Shown one piece after another: positions 46,401-54,811 of a DNA stretch of 64,000 nucleotides (position 1 is its first letter; each line of letters begins with the position of its first letter). The stretch comes from an uncultured Ignavibacteria bacterium (GTDB lineage Bacteria; Zixibacteria; MSB-5A5; DSPP01): assembly GCA_964607165.1 (NCBI GenBank), contig CAZSIT010000012.1, positions 4,301-68,300 on the forward strand, given 5' to 3'. The notes below the pieces were generated by a model. It saw only the letters and a program-made list of their open reading frames with translations, was not told the DNA's origin and ran no database searches. The position numbers and the translations under genes were made by a program.

Positions 46401-48471
46401 CTATTGTTTTTACGGCAAGCGGTTTTAGCGCGGCGGCGAGCGGCGCACTGAATTTGACCGAGATGTCAAAATCCAAATCGCTGCCGCCGCTGTTGGAGAC
46501 GGTCAAAGTTTCAACTTTAGTCGCTCCGGTAAGCAAGTCGGCATCCAAGGAGTCGGGAGCGGTTGAAATGTCGGGCGGAATCAGGCCGGTTCCAAGCAAA
46601 GCAACGGTCACGGTCGGGTTGGAAGTGTCGCTGCTTAATATAGTTAACGTTCCGCTGCTTGGCCCAGCCGAGGCGGGATTGAAAGCGACTTTCACCCCTC
46701 GGCCGTTGCCCCCCGGCAGGTCGAATGAAGTGACATCCGGAGTGAAATCGGTGTTGGAGGACTGAATGTTTGTGACATGCAAAGTTTCCGGATAACCGAG
46801 ATTTCGAATATTGACTGTAAGCGTTTCGGGATTACCCAGAAATATATTGCCGTAATCCAGCGTATCGGGAGAAACGCTTATTTTCGGCGGGCTGCCGACG
46901 GCAATGAAAACCGCCCGGGTGGTGTAGCCCTGGTGTATTCCGGTTCGATTATCGTTCCAGCAGGGCCAGACTATGCCGTTTTTGGCCGCCACGCCGATGT
47001 AGTCTCCTGAATAGCCGCCCGCCAGTCCGGGGATGGAAGCGGGCTTGAAGGCCTGGTCGCTGATTAAAACGTCCTCAAAGGTAAACCCGCCATCCAGCGA
47101 GGTGGAGACATACACCTGCGCCGAGTCGTTTGCCGGAAAGTTGCGGCTGTCGTAATAAACTATGTAAAGGGCGCCGGTGGCCGGGTCGCAGGCAATCCAG
47201 GAAAACCACTGGTCTTTGCTGCTGACATCCTGATTCACTTTTAAGGGGGTGCTCCAGGAGCTGCCGCCGTTGGTGGAGCGCACCAGGAAAACATCCGGAG
47301 TGGTGGGGTTTTTTGCCGGATAGACGATGTAAATCCAGCCGTTGCGTGCGCCGCCGCTGCGGTCAACCGCCATCGAAGGAAAGCTGTTGACCCGGATAGT
47401 GTTACCACCTTTGTTCAGGGTACCGCGAATGTCGGCCACATCGGTGATGCTGACGGCCGTTCCCCAAGAGGAGCCGCCGTTGGTTGATTTGTTGAAGCCG
47501 AGATGGGTGGTGGCAGTCGGAAAAACATCATATCCGGACCAGGTTCCGTACACTTCGCCGTTGGGCCCGACGGCCAGATTGACCCCCTGCCCAAATTGGG
47601 CCCCGACCGATCCGCTGATTGGAACCGGCACGGAAAAGCTTAGCCCCCGGTTGATGGAGCGGGAAAGCATAACGTTGGGGGCAGCAACATTAAAATCGGT
47701 GTAGGCGGTGTATAAGAAATTTTCAAACGCGCCGCCCGGGTTTACGTCGATGGTCATATGGTTTTTGTCGTTGCCGGTTGAAGCGTTGGGCAGGGAGACT
47801 TGAGTCCAGTTGGTTCCGTTATTCGTGGACCGGGCCATTACGACCTCGTGGGTCCCCCCAATTAGCAGGGTATTGAAAAACAGGTTGCCATCCAGGTCGA
47901 TTCCGACCGACGGGTCGGACATAAACTGGCCCAAATTGGTATGGGTCGGCAAGGTGTCGCCGCCCAACCAAGTGGTGCCGCCGTTGGTGGTGTAATACCA
48001 TCCCTGGCTGATAAGGGCTACCGGATTGGAAGCTGCGTTTGAACCGGCCAGGACGACGTCGGGATTATTGGGATGGGTCCATATCGTCATCTCGCTTTGG
48101 GTAGTGGTTGGGTTGGGATGCATCCGAATGTTCGGAAAAATCACCGCTTTCTGGTTTTGCAGCTTAACCTCATGCGGCCCGGCTGGCCCCTGAACTTCGC
48201 GGATAATCGGGGGAGGGATAGTTTTTGCTCCGAGGGTCTCCGGCATCGGCACTATCTTTGACCAGCGCGGGTCTGGTCCTTTGGCCAAAAGTTCTTCCAA
48301 AGTGGAAGGGGACGCTTTTTTCTCTTCCGCAAAAGCCAAGGGGGAGAACGCGCTTAGTAAAAACAGAAAAGAAAAAGAGCAAAAAGTGGAAAATGTCAGA
48401 AACTTGTTTATTAAACTGGTACTTCTTTGAATTGGTGTGAACCGGCCGAAATTCGTTAGCCTTCTTTGCAT
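40468..48471 (-). CDS. ~2670-aa modular secreted protein: BNR/Asp-box propeller, repeated Ig-like (ASH/choice-of-anchor-D-like) blocks, variable domains, C-terminal dockerin-like domain
   Basis: STNGGxxW Asp-boxes; repeated SSNDPDEPQDTTPAHLHVTGAPDI; GDINDDG..ADMNCDG; start uncertain (48471 or 48549). Confidence 0.85.
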   Translation of the reverse strand: MQRRLTNFGRFTPIQRSTSLINKFLTFSTFCSFSFLFLLSAFSPLAFAEEKKASPSTLEELLAKGPDPRWSKIVPMPETLGAKTIPPPIIREVQGPAGPHEVKLQNQKAVIFPNIRMHPNPTTTQSEMTIWTHPNNPDVVLAGSNAASNPVALISQGWYYTTNGGTTWLGGDTLPTHTNLGQFMSDPSVGIDLDGNLFFNTLLIGGTHEVVMARSTNNGTNWTQVSLPNASTGNDKNHMTIDVNPGGAFENFLYTAYTDFNVAAPNVMLSRSINRGLSFSVPVPISGSVGAQFGQGVNLAVGPNGEVYGTWSGYDVFPTATTHLGFNKSTNGGSSWGTAVSITDVADIRGTLNKGGNTIRVNSFPSMAVDRSGGARNGWIYIVYPAKNPTTPDVFLVRSTNGGSSWSTPLKVNQDVSSKDQWFSWIACDPATGALYIVYYDSRNFPANDSAQVYVSTSLDGGFTFEDVLISDQAFKPASIPGLAGGYSGDYIGVAAKNGIVWPCWNDNRTGIHQGYTTRAVFIAVGSPPKISVSPDTLDYGNIFLGNPETLTVNIRNLGYPETLHVTNIQSSNTDFTPDVTSFDLPGGNGRGVKVAFNPASAGPSSGTLTILSSDTSNPTVTVALLGTGLIPPDISTAPDSLDADLLTGATKVETLTVSNSGGSDLDFDISVKFSAPLAAALKPLAVKTIDRAASVGSFDAGLSVWEANGFDEATYRQRFPSGPVKNRTEALVSAPMAGANLNAAFSLSAALPLIEDFERLDPWPWSPWVQVFPVSGLISAGCAHDGAQGISDPEWHYRTDVTIGNPGEKLSLWIKPGSGRIYMGFGATAGGAWSLVAGANTNELIIQENAGYGFSPLASVPQVWTFGTWYKLEITFEEGAAVTGRLYASDGTTLLNTVAATLSGFLPGGVAIRSFSGFCGDTFQSGDVLNWLAANPDSGAIPASNSLDVEVTFDATGLNGGDYYANVIVSSNDPDEAQDTTPAHLHVTGAPDIALSDDTLDYGEVFTSGSRTETLVVKDPGTDVVMVSSITSDNPDFTVNISSFNLNPDDSQLVLVTFTPVDTGMFTGNLTILSNDPDEDSLTVYLTGTGILPPDISVSPDSLEADLFTGEMKVETLTIANTGYSDLIFDIAVEDDTILFANAKIINRSRNSSEPPAPAGVRPNLSMLAKEISAEVLTQTSSGGLPFQTLSARSSTSAAPPEVLLLSTIPVLGSVEQALNNLSVAYDLIQTDVFTGIDFSPYTTIIVAMDGGAVEEPDVQALANAASSGKKLIMIGGTSLLPYYNGMQLYLLSHTGQQGWTVSTTPHLQVSDPSHPLAAGLPSPYTFTDPSAAFYMLRVNDALAEVAAINGDGFPDLMNKKIGSGLLIYFLNSPFEFYWSNPTDFAVLQTVIDNALAFSGAPDWLSTNPDSGVIPAGSSAEIEVTFDATGLNGGDYYANILVSSNDPDEPQDTTPAHLHVTGAPDIALSDDSLDYGNVFVGGSRPETLVVSNEGTDLLTVSSISSDNANFTPNPTAFSLNPGDDQNVIVTFTPADSGSFTGQLTIASDDPDEPSLSVYLQGRGLLPPDISVSPESLEADLFTGEMKVETLTIANSGYSDLTFDITIETAALQALKGPNGLPAIRWNPIASRSVTDLPPTTASSQHSAAPKSISRPLVPADFLIIDHFKNKTFFGGYSSVLASEFDLNTLTTADLQQYKVVYCEPDWSDYSNLTNNMSKISAYVQSGGVVVLNVGGNIGDGLGIDPLGTNYANYAGGFGGQTHDAETITDPGHSYITGQPYGGAVLTTADFNSWGATDHGHLFNYPGASHIVLNNTQDASWLEYKLGGGRVIVTTLTYGWGGGGGMGNPLANLVNYSFSVAGGNWLSAAPTSGTIPAGSSLDVEVTFDATGLFGGDYYANILVSSNDPDEPQDTTPAHLHVTGAPDIALSDDSLDYGNLFVGGSRPETLVVSNEGTDLLTVSSISSDNANFTPNPTAFSLNPGQDTNVIVTFAPADSGSFTGQLTIASNDPGDPSLTVYLQGRGLLPPDISVSPESLKAELYSGEMKVETLTISNSGYSDLTFDISIGGVAAAVTSLNARFNLERDNPAFGPQNSISGGMAAQYKPNSVARFYASSGSGNIAVLGADGTGSDLYLNNITQYLVNSGRFASVTTINGYFITPTLAELQAFDAVGVFGWYGWLSSAAIGNVLADYVDAGGNVFIAFAANGTGGGWTVQGRFNTGNYWLISAFSYEGGGAFSLGAVFEPSHPVMNGVSTLISGSKLLNGATVAPGATLLASFTDGTPLAAVKEAGGGRRVDISFPLFTSAVDSWGVNPATDATLLITNAFEWVAGSVDWLSANPASGTVPAGSSLNVEVTFDAVGLDGGYYNANILISSNDPDEPQDTTPVQLHVIGTPNIVLSDDTLDFGTVYINYPDTLTLTVSNDGSDLLEVTGITSNNSHFTLLDPAVFNVPQGGSHNLRVRFSPTQPGVETGALSIASTDSTDPTVTVQLAGLGALPALVQISPDSFKVTLPMGDSTTRTLTIGNTGLGNLNWQIIGLPSYLSVAPAAGVVAPGNTQDVTVKISAKSLPAGTYQTSIRTAANDPTTPLVLTPLRLTVINCTAFKGDINDDGLLTPADVVRELNCIFLSIFGCELCFADMNCDGRLTAADAVILMNTVFLGLPPGC

Positions 48472-48752
48472 TTCTGCCTCTCTGGGGGTTTTTAGCCCCC
48501 GTTGTGCGCCAAGCGCGTTTGTTGTTGAATGCCTAAAAAGTTGCTCCATCCTTCATTACATAAAGAGGCTTTTAAAGCAACATCCCACCCGCCTGCCAAA
48601 AATTCCTCTGTACCAATCGTAAGTAACATCCTTATACCTAATTTGTCAAGCAGAATTTGGCTTGTGAAAAAAATAACTAAGTGGGCGTTTCCTGGAGTGA
48701 AGATGTCAGGCAGGCTTCGATTTGAAAGTTGAATCATCCCTTGCTTCCCAAT

Positions 48753-48786
48753 AAAAAACCCGCCCCAACTTTTCCGGGGCGGGTTA
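48753..48786 (-). terminator. intrinsic terminator
   Basis: aacccgcccc..ggggcgggtt hairpin with a T-tract on the minus strand. Confidence 0.65.
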
Positions 48787-48809
48787 ATAAAACAAAGGAA
48801 TGAGGCTTT

Positions 48810-49085
48810 TTACTCCGGCACGGGCAGGTTGTTATCCGCGCAGAGGTGCTGGATGCGGGCTTTGGGTACCATCGGGTCGCCGGAAATCTTGGCGACCGTG
48901 AAGTTGCAGCCGTGAATGCAAGGGCTGCCGTTGGGAACCACGCAATCGCTGGTTACCCGGAAAAAGCGCGGAAATTCAGTATCCACGTAACAACCCGGTT
49001 CACAAACGTCATTCCAATTGCAATACGTAATACCTCTGGACGTGGTGCCCGAGGTTTGGGTCTGCGTCGACTTGGTTTGCGGCAT
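48810..49085 (-). CDS. small Cys-rich hypothetical protein
   Basis: AGGAGG RBS, own terminator, 7 Cys in 91 aa. Confidence 0.7.
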   Translation of the reverse strand: MPQTKSTQTQTSGTTSRGITYCNWNDVCEPGCYVDTEFPRFFRVTSDCVVPNGSPCIHGCNFTVAKISGDPMVPKARIQHLCADNNLPVPE

Positions 49086-49270
49086 CGTTAACCTCCTGTA
49101 AAAAGTTTATCCTCCCGCGGCATTGCGAGTAGGAGCAATAATTGTATCGGCATAGAGGGATTATTTCTTGACCAACGTTTGCTCCCTCTTTTATTGTGGA
49201 GTGCAACCTGCCCGAAAGCTGACCAAAATCAGCTTTTAATTTTAGCATAATGATGTATCATAGAGGGGCT

Positions 49271-50344
49271 ATGAACAGGAAAGTGAATTTGTCATTTGCG
49301 GGAGGGGCGATTCTTCTTATTTATCTATCATTATCCCGACTTTTCGCACAAAACGGGCCGGATGCCCCTTGGCCCGCCACAGGCGGACCGAAAGAAAAAC
49401 ATCTCTCCAACATACGCCAGCTTACCTTCGGCGGGGAGAATGCCGAAGCTTATTTTTCTGCAGATGATTCCAAACTGATTTTTCAATATCACAACGGCAG
49501 CGATTCCTGCGACCAGATTTACATAATGAACGTGGATGGCTCGAACAAACATCTGGTTTCCACCGGCAAAGGGCGCTGCACCTGCGGTTATTTTTTTCCG
49601 GACGGCAAAAGAATTTTGTTTTCCTCGACCCATCTGGCCGACTCGGCCTGCCCGCCGAAACCGGACTATTCGCAGGGGTACGTTTGGCCGCTTTACAACT
49701 ATGATGTTTTCACCTCCGACTCGGATGGCTCCAACCTCAAACGTTTAACTACCAAGATAGGTTACGAAGCGGAAGCAACCATTTCCAGGGACGGCCAAAA
49801 AATAATTTTCACCTACTACAACGGTTTGGATCTGGATATCTACTCGATGAATGCAGATGGTTCAGAGCTTCTGCAGCTGACCAATGAACAGGGCTACGAT
49901 GGCGGGGCCTTTTTCTCCTATGACGGCAAAAAAATCGTTTACCGTGCTTACCATCCCAAACTCGCGTTGGCTAAGCAGGATTATTTTTTCCTGGCTCAAC
50001 AAGGTTTTATACGCCCCCGAGTGCTAGAAATTTTCGTGATGGATGCGGACGGGAAAAACAAGCGTCAAGTTACCAACAACGGTGCAGCCAACTTCGCCCC
50101 GTACTTTTTTCCGGACGGAAAACGCATTATTTTTGCTTCCAATATGCATGACCCGAAAGGACGGAACTTCGATTTGTATATGATTAGGACCAACGGGAGG
50201 GGATTGAGGCGCATCACCTACAACGACACCTTCGACGGTTTTCCGATGTTTTCCTCGGACGGAAAAAAGTTGGTCTTCGCGTCAAACCGCAACGGTAAAA
50301 TTCAAGGCGAGACCAACATTTTTATCGCCGATTGGATAGAGTAA
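49271..50344 (+). CDS. TolB-like PD40 repeat protein
   Basis: QLTFGGENAEAYFS, GYDGGAFFS, FAPYFFPDG, FDGFPMFS. Confidence 0.9.
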   Translation: MNRKVNLSFAGGAILLIYLSLSRLFAQNGPDAPWPATGGPKEKHLSNIRQLTFGGENAEAYFSADDSKLIFQYHNGSDSCDQIYIMNVDGSNKHLVSTGKGRCTCGYFFPDGKRILFSSTHLADSACPPKPDYSQGYVWPLYNYDVFTSDSDGSNLKRLTTKIGYEAEATISRDGQKIIFTYYNGLDLDIYSMNADGSELLQLTNEQGYDGGAFFSYDGKKIVYRAYHPKLALAKQDYFFLAQQGFIRPRVLEIFVMDADGKNKRQVTNNGAANFAPYFFPDGKRIIFASNMHDPKGRNFDLYMIRTNGRGLRRITYNDTFDGFPMFSSDGKKLVFASNRNGKIQGETNIFIADWIE

Positions 50345-50364
50345 GGGCGGTTCGCGAACCGCCC

Positions 50365-51051
50365 TTACATCCGTTGGGCCGGTTTTTTTCCCTTTGCGAA
50401 CCAAACCATCCCATCCATCCGTTTTTCTAAAACGATATTTTTCAGCCCGGCCGTTTCGTATAAGCCCAGCAACCTTTCTTCGGAAAAAGGATAGTAAATT
50501 CGGGCGGCCGAGGCCCAGGCGAGCAACTTAAACGTATCCTTCAAATTCAGCTTTTGCACTTTGGCATAAGTTCTCATCCGGGCTGGCGAGATGGAAACAT
50601 CGGGGTCCAACGTAGCGATTATCCCGCCCGGTTTTGATACCCGCGGTTGTTCGGCAAACGCCCTTTCCGGATTAGGTAAAAGGTAATTTACGGTTGTAAC
50701 AATTACCGTGTCGAAACTGTTATCGGGATATGGTAGGGAGGAAGCATCGCCAATCTGGAAGTCGACATTCAAAATTCCTGCAGATTTTGCGTTTTGACGG
50801 GCAAGCTGGATGATTCGTTTGGAGCGGTCTATCCCGAAGATCGCTTTAACCTGTCGGGCGGCTTCGATTGCAAGCCAGCCGGGGCCGCAGCCGACGTCTA
50901 AAACTTGAGAATTCGGTTTTAGTTGAACAAAGTTCAAAAAGTCTTTGCGCAGCTCGGCTTCCGAGCCGGATGCCAGCTTGTTCGAGTAAATTTTTGCGCC
51001 CCATTCAAAAAAGAGGCGCAGGAAAAAATCTTTAATGCGGACGGAGAACAA
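50365..51051 (-). CDS. class I SAM-dependent methyltransferase
   Basis: VLDVGCGPG, GDASSLPYPDNSFD. Confidence 0.88.
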   Translation of the reverse strand: MFSVRIKDFFLRLFFEWGAKIYSNKLASGSEAELRKDFLNFVQLKPNSQVLDVGCGPGWLAIEAARQVKAIFGIDRSKRIIQLARQNAKSAGILNVDFQIGDASSLPYPDNSFDTVIVTTVNYLLPNPERAFAEQPRVSKPGGIIATLDPDVSISPARMRTYAKVQKLNLKDTFKLLAWASAARIYYPFSEERLLGLYETAGLKNIVLEKRMDGMVWFAKGKKPAQRM

Positions 51052-51157
51052 AATGTCTTCCGGTTATTTTCCCGTTCAACATTCCTTGGTAGCCTCGACT
51101 TTAGTCGAGGGATTTTCCGGCACTGAAGTGCCGGCTACCAACCCGCGAACAATTCGG

Positions 51158-51620
51158 CTACTGACCAGCCGGCTGCTCCATTTGCTGGCGCGCTTTTTTG
51201 ACCGCTTTGTGATGATACAAGTACAACGGGAAGCAAACCGCCACGGCGACGAACCAGAAGAGAATTTGCTTGAAGCCGTCGCGACGTTCCTCGTAACGGG
51301 CGTCGGCTTGGGCTTTTTTCCATTTTTCTTCCACCTGCTCGCGGGTCAAACCGCCGCCGGCTTTGGCCGTGTCGGACTTGGCTTCGAATCGACCCTGCCG
51401 GTAGTAGCGGCCGTTTTCCTCCTTTATACTCCGCTTCCAGGTAGCGGTCAAGAGTGGAAACTCGTCTCCAATCGTAGCCGGACATAGTTAAATCGGGGAT
51501 GATAATTCTCACCAATCCCCACAACCCGGAAATTGAGAAACCAACCATTATCAAAAGTAAAACCATGCTGGCGGACTGGTAATACCCCATCGCGCCGCGT
51601 TTCGGTTTTTCTTCCGTCAT
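51158..51620 (-). pseudogene. 2-TM membrane protein (DUF5671-like) split by a 1-bp frameshift near 51424
   Basis: 5' frame MTEEK..YLEAEY joins 3' frame KEENGRYY..PLYLYHHK if one A is removed from TATAAAGGAG. Confidence 0.65.
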
Positions 51621-51644
51621 TTTATCCTCCTTGTTTTCTTTGCG

Positions 51645-51905
51645 TTAATCCTTCCAATTCCACCACAACAATTTCATAGGGTCGTGCTTTTTACGCGAAG
51701 CAAAATAGGTTGCACAGCGGAAAACGTAAAGCATACACCGGTCGATAGGCTGCCCGCGTTTGCGGCACAACTCGAAGTACATTTTCTCCGGGTTTTTTCT
51801 TTTCAAGTCTCCCACCGAGCGGATTCCCAAATCGTACAAGTCCCGTGCAATGCTGGGCCCGACGCCCGGAATTACTCGCAGGTTTTTAAGAGATGAGTTT
51901 TTCAT
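51645..51905 (-). CDS. helix-hairpin-helix protein (Cdd1/mitomycin-resistance-like)
   Basis: IPGVGPSIARDLYDLGI..DRCMLYVFRCA..WWNWKD. Confidence 0.82.
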   Translation of the reverse strand: MKNSSLKNLRVIPGVGPSIARDLYDLGIRSVGDLKRKNPEKMYFELCRKRGQPIDRCMLYVFRCATYFASRKKHDPMKLLWWNWKD

Positions 51906-52372
51906 CGTTTGTAGGATACTTTTTGGCGAATGGCGCCCAAGTGATAGGCCATATGGGCGATAGCGCCGATGGCGCCTCCCATCGCATCCACGTTTGTCGG
52001 AGCGTTGGATTGAATGGCCGTGCGAAGGACTTCGTAGCCCGCACGGAGCTGTTTTTGCAGTTGCGTCCAGGCGTCCACGTCCACGGTGCTGACTTGCCAA
52101 CTCTCTTTCCAGTTTCGCGGGGAGCGGTCGCCGCGAATCCAGGCCGACGAAGCCTCCAAGCTGAAAACGAGATGGAGCGCGTGAGCCGCTACGGTCGTTT
52201 TGCCCCGCTCCTCCGAAGCCTCCGCCGCGCTTAACTTGGAAAGCGTGCCGAACAGTCCGGCATCCGGATTGTTATCGGTAAAATAGCTCCCGCCTTCTGG
52301 CGGACCTTCAAACGCCTCCCGAAGAACGCTTAACAACTGCCCAACGGTTTCATCTATGGAAACGCCCGACAT
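51902..52372 (-). CDS. DinB superfamily protein
   Basis: TVAAHALHL, AHMAYHLGAIRQ. Confidence 0.8.
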   Translation of the reverse strand: MSGVSIDETVGQLLSVLREAFEGPPEGGSYFTDNNPDAGLFGTLSKLSAAEASEERGKTTVAAHALHLVFSLEASSAWIRGDRSPRNWKESWQVSTVDVDAWTQLQKQLRAGYEVLRTAIQSNAPTNVDAMGGAIGAIAHMAYHLGAIRQKVSYKR

Positions 52373-52428
52373 TTTTTCTCCTTTAAATGGGTGGTTTTTC
52401 ATTCGGATTTTTTCGTTCCGGCAAAAAG

Positions 52429-52513
52429 CGGAGGGTGAGGGACTCGAACCCCCAAATCCCTTGCGGGACGCCAGATTTCAAGTCTGGTGCCTTACCAGTT
52501 AGGCTAACCCTCC
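52429..52513 (-). tRNA. tRNA-Ser(TGA)
   Basis: GGAGGGT acceptor, CCAGA-CTTGAAA-TCTGG, long variable arm TCCC-GCAA-GGGA, GTTCGAGTC, G73. Confidence 0.93.
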
Positions 52514-52671
52514 GGAATTTCCATCGGCAAGCCGACAGGCCTGTGCCGTTCACAAATGAAAGATTTGGAAAAGAGGAAGAAGTGTCAAGCGCTAAAGACT
52601 GTTTTACGTGATTCAAATGGAAAAAGGGGATTGCTTGCCAAGCGGCTGCTTTTTTAATACTTTGAAATCCG

Positions 52672-53469
52672 ATGCCTGATTTGAAGAAGCTGGATGAAGC
52701 TTTGAGTAAACATATTCGTCCGGAAACTTTTCCGCTTGCTATAAAAATGGCGAAAAAAGGCGAGGTTTTGCCGGAAAAAATAAAAAGGCCAGTGCGGGAT
52801 TTAGGGGTTGAGGTCGCCACCTGCCAGGGATTTTCACTGGCGCGGCGATATGGCTGGTCTTTGGCTATTTATGGCGAGGATATTTCCTGCCCTTTAACCA
52901 AAGTGGCTTTTGGGTTCGAGAAGGAGGTTGCCTATTTCACGGATGGACTGGCGTGTGAAGGAATGTATACGGCGTCGGCGCAAGCGGGGAAAAAGACCGA
53001 AAGCATGGTTCCAAAGTTTTCCCATCATGAATACGAATCGATTTGGGTGGCGCCGGTTAGCCGTGCGAATTTTACACCGGATGTCATCTGCCTATACGGC
53101 AATTCGGCGCAGGTGATGCGGCTTTTAACCGCTTCGCTCTATAAATCGGGGGGATATTTGGAGTCGCGTTCGGCGGGGAGGATTGACTGCGCAGACGTTG
53201 TCATCGAAACTATGAAAAGGGGTAAACCGCATTATATTTTGCCCTGTTACGGCGATAGGATTTTCGGACTGACCCAGGATAACGAGATGGTTTTTGCTTT
53301 TCCGTTCGATTTCTCCGACGAGCTTATCGAAGGCTTAGAGGGAACGCATCAGGGCGGGGTGCGCTATCCGGTGCCGGCTTTTTTGCGTTTTCAGGCGCAG
53401 TTTCCGGAAAAATATCAAAAATTGGCAGACTTTTGGAAGAAAGGGGAAGGGAATGAATCCCAAGAATAG
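52672..53469 (+). CDS. DUF169 family protein
   Basis: TCQGFSLARRYGW, ISCP, PDVICLYGNSAQVMRL, PCYGDR. Confidence 0.8.
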   Translation: MPDLKKLDEALSKHIRPETFPLAIKMAKKGEVLPEKIKRPVRDLGVEVATCQGFSLARRYGWSLAIYGEDISCPLTKVAFGFEKEVAYFTDGLACEGMYTASAQAGKKTESMVPKFSHHEYESIWVAPVSRANFTPDVICLYGNSAQVMRLLTASLYKSGGYLESRSAGRIDCADVVIETMKRGKPHYILPCYGDRIFGLTQDNEMVFAFPFDFSDELIEGLEGTHQGGVRYPVPAFLRFQAQFPEKYQKLADFWKKGEGNESQE

Positions 53470-54565
53470 AATAGATGCGATATTAGCGGGGGAGAAACCG
53501 GATAGAACGCCGGTGGCGGCCTGGCGGCATTTTTATCACCTTGAGAACGACCCGAAAGAATTCGTTCTGGCTACGGTCGGTTTTCAGAAGAAATTTGGGT
53601 GGGATTTTGTAAAAATAAATCCGCGCGCCTCGTATCACGTAGAGGGGTGGGGAGCGCAATACGTTCCCTCAAAAACAGCCCTGGACAAGCCGCAAAGGCT
53701 TTCCTTTCCGGTAGGGCTTCCGGCCGATTGGGAAAAAATTGAAGAGCTGTCTTTGGCCGCCGGAACGTTATCGCAAGAATTAAAAACCATTTCGGAGATT
53801 TCGAAAAAACTGGGAAAATCGGTCTATAAGTTTATGACCATTTTTTCGCCGCTTTCAATTGCCGGGGATTTAGTCGGCACGGAAGCCCAGCTGGTGCGGG
53901 ATATGCAGGAATCGCCGTTGTTGGTCGAGGAAGCCCTGGAACAAATCACGCATACCTTCGTACGCTTTGCCGTCGAGTGCCTAAACGCCGGCGCGGATGG
54001 GATTTTCTTTGCCACCACCGAGTGGGCTTCCAAAAATATTTTGACCGAGGATGATTATCGAAAATTTGGGAAGCCGTATGATTTGGAGGTCATTGAAGCA
54101 GTCAAAGGAGTCGGCGGCAAGGTGATTTTACACGTTTGCGAACCCTTCAATATGCTTTCTCTTTTTGCCGGTTATCCCGCCGATTTGGTGAATTGGGTGG
54201 CCTCCGACCGCTCCAATCTAAACCTGTCTGAAGGTTATCAATTATTGAAGAAACCGGTCATCGGCGGGATTAACCATACTTCTTCCCTTCTGCTGGGTCG
54301 GAAGGAAACGCTAATTTCCTCGATTCGTCCGGTTTTAACTCTTTTGCAGCAGTTGCCCGGAGTTTTGGGGCCGGAGTGCGCTTTGCCGCCGGCTGTGCCG
54401 GACGAAAATTTGATGGCTTTGCGGCAGCTGGTGGAAAAGAAGGCGTCATCCCGAGTTTCAAAACCGGCGAAAAAGAGCAAGAAAGCTTCGAAACCGAAAG
54501 CCAAAAGGAAAAAAGCAAAGAGGGCCAAGTCCCACAAGGTTAAGAAGACCAAAAAGCGGCGCTAA
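53453..54565 (+). CDS. uroporphyrinogen decarboxylase family protein with Lys-rich C-terminal tail
   Basis: GEKPDRTPVAAWRHF, TIFSP, AGADGIFFA, ILHVC, LGPECAL. Confidence 0.82.
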   Translation: MNPKNRIDAILAGEKPDRTPVAAWRHFYHLENDPKEFVLATVGFQKKFGWDFVKINPRASYHVEGWGAQYVPSKTALDKPQRLSFPVGLPADWEKIEELSLAAGTLSQELKTISEISKKLGKSVYKFMTIFSPLSIAGDLVGTEAQLVRDMQESPLLVEEALEQITHTFVRFAVECLNAGADGIFFATTEWASKNILTEDDYRKFGKPYDLEVIEAVKGVGGKVILHVCEPFNMLSLFAGYPADLVNWVASDRSNLNLSEGYQLLKKPVIGGINHTSSLLLGRKETLISSIRPVLTLLQQLPGVLGPECALPPAVPDENLMALRQLVEKKASSRVSKPAKKSKKASKPKAKRKKAKRAKSHKVKKTKKRR

Positions 54566-54811
54566 AATTTTTCAAAAAAAGAGCCAATGTTTTGGCGAAA
54601 TTTACGTATAATCCTCTTAGAAATAATAGGGCGTGTCGAAACGCCTTGAGGTTTGCCCGGCAGCGGGTTCGTCCGGGTTTTTCGATTTTTAGGCAGGATT
54701 GGTGCCATAACGGTCGTTGCATCTGTCGTTGTATCCTCCTCAAGGCTTGGATTAACGCGGGTGCGCCTAATAACTGAAAAATGGCGTGACGAGAACTGGA
54801 GGGTTAAGTTG

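Noticed and set aside
52429-52513. Selenocysteine or suppressor tRNA
   Set aside because: Anticodon is TGA (reads TCA, Ser), not TCA; normal 7-bp acceptor stem
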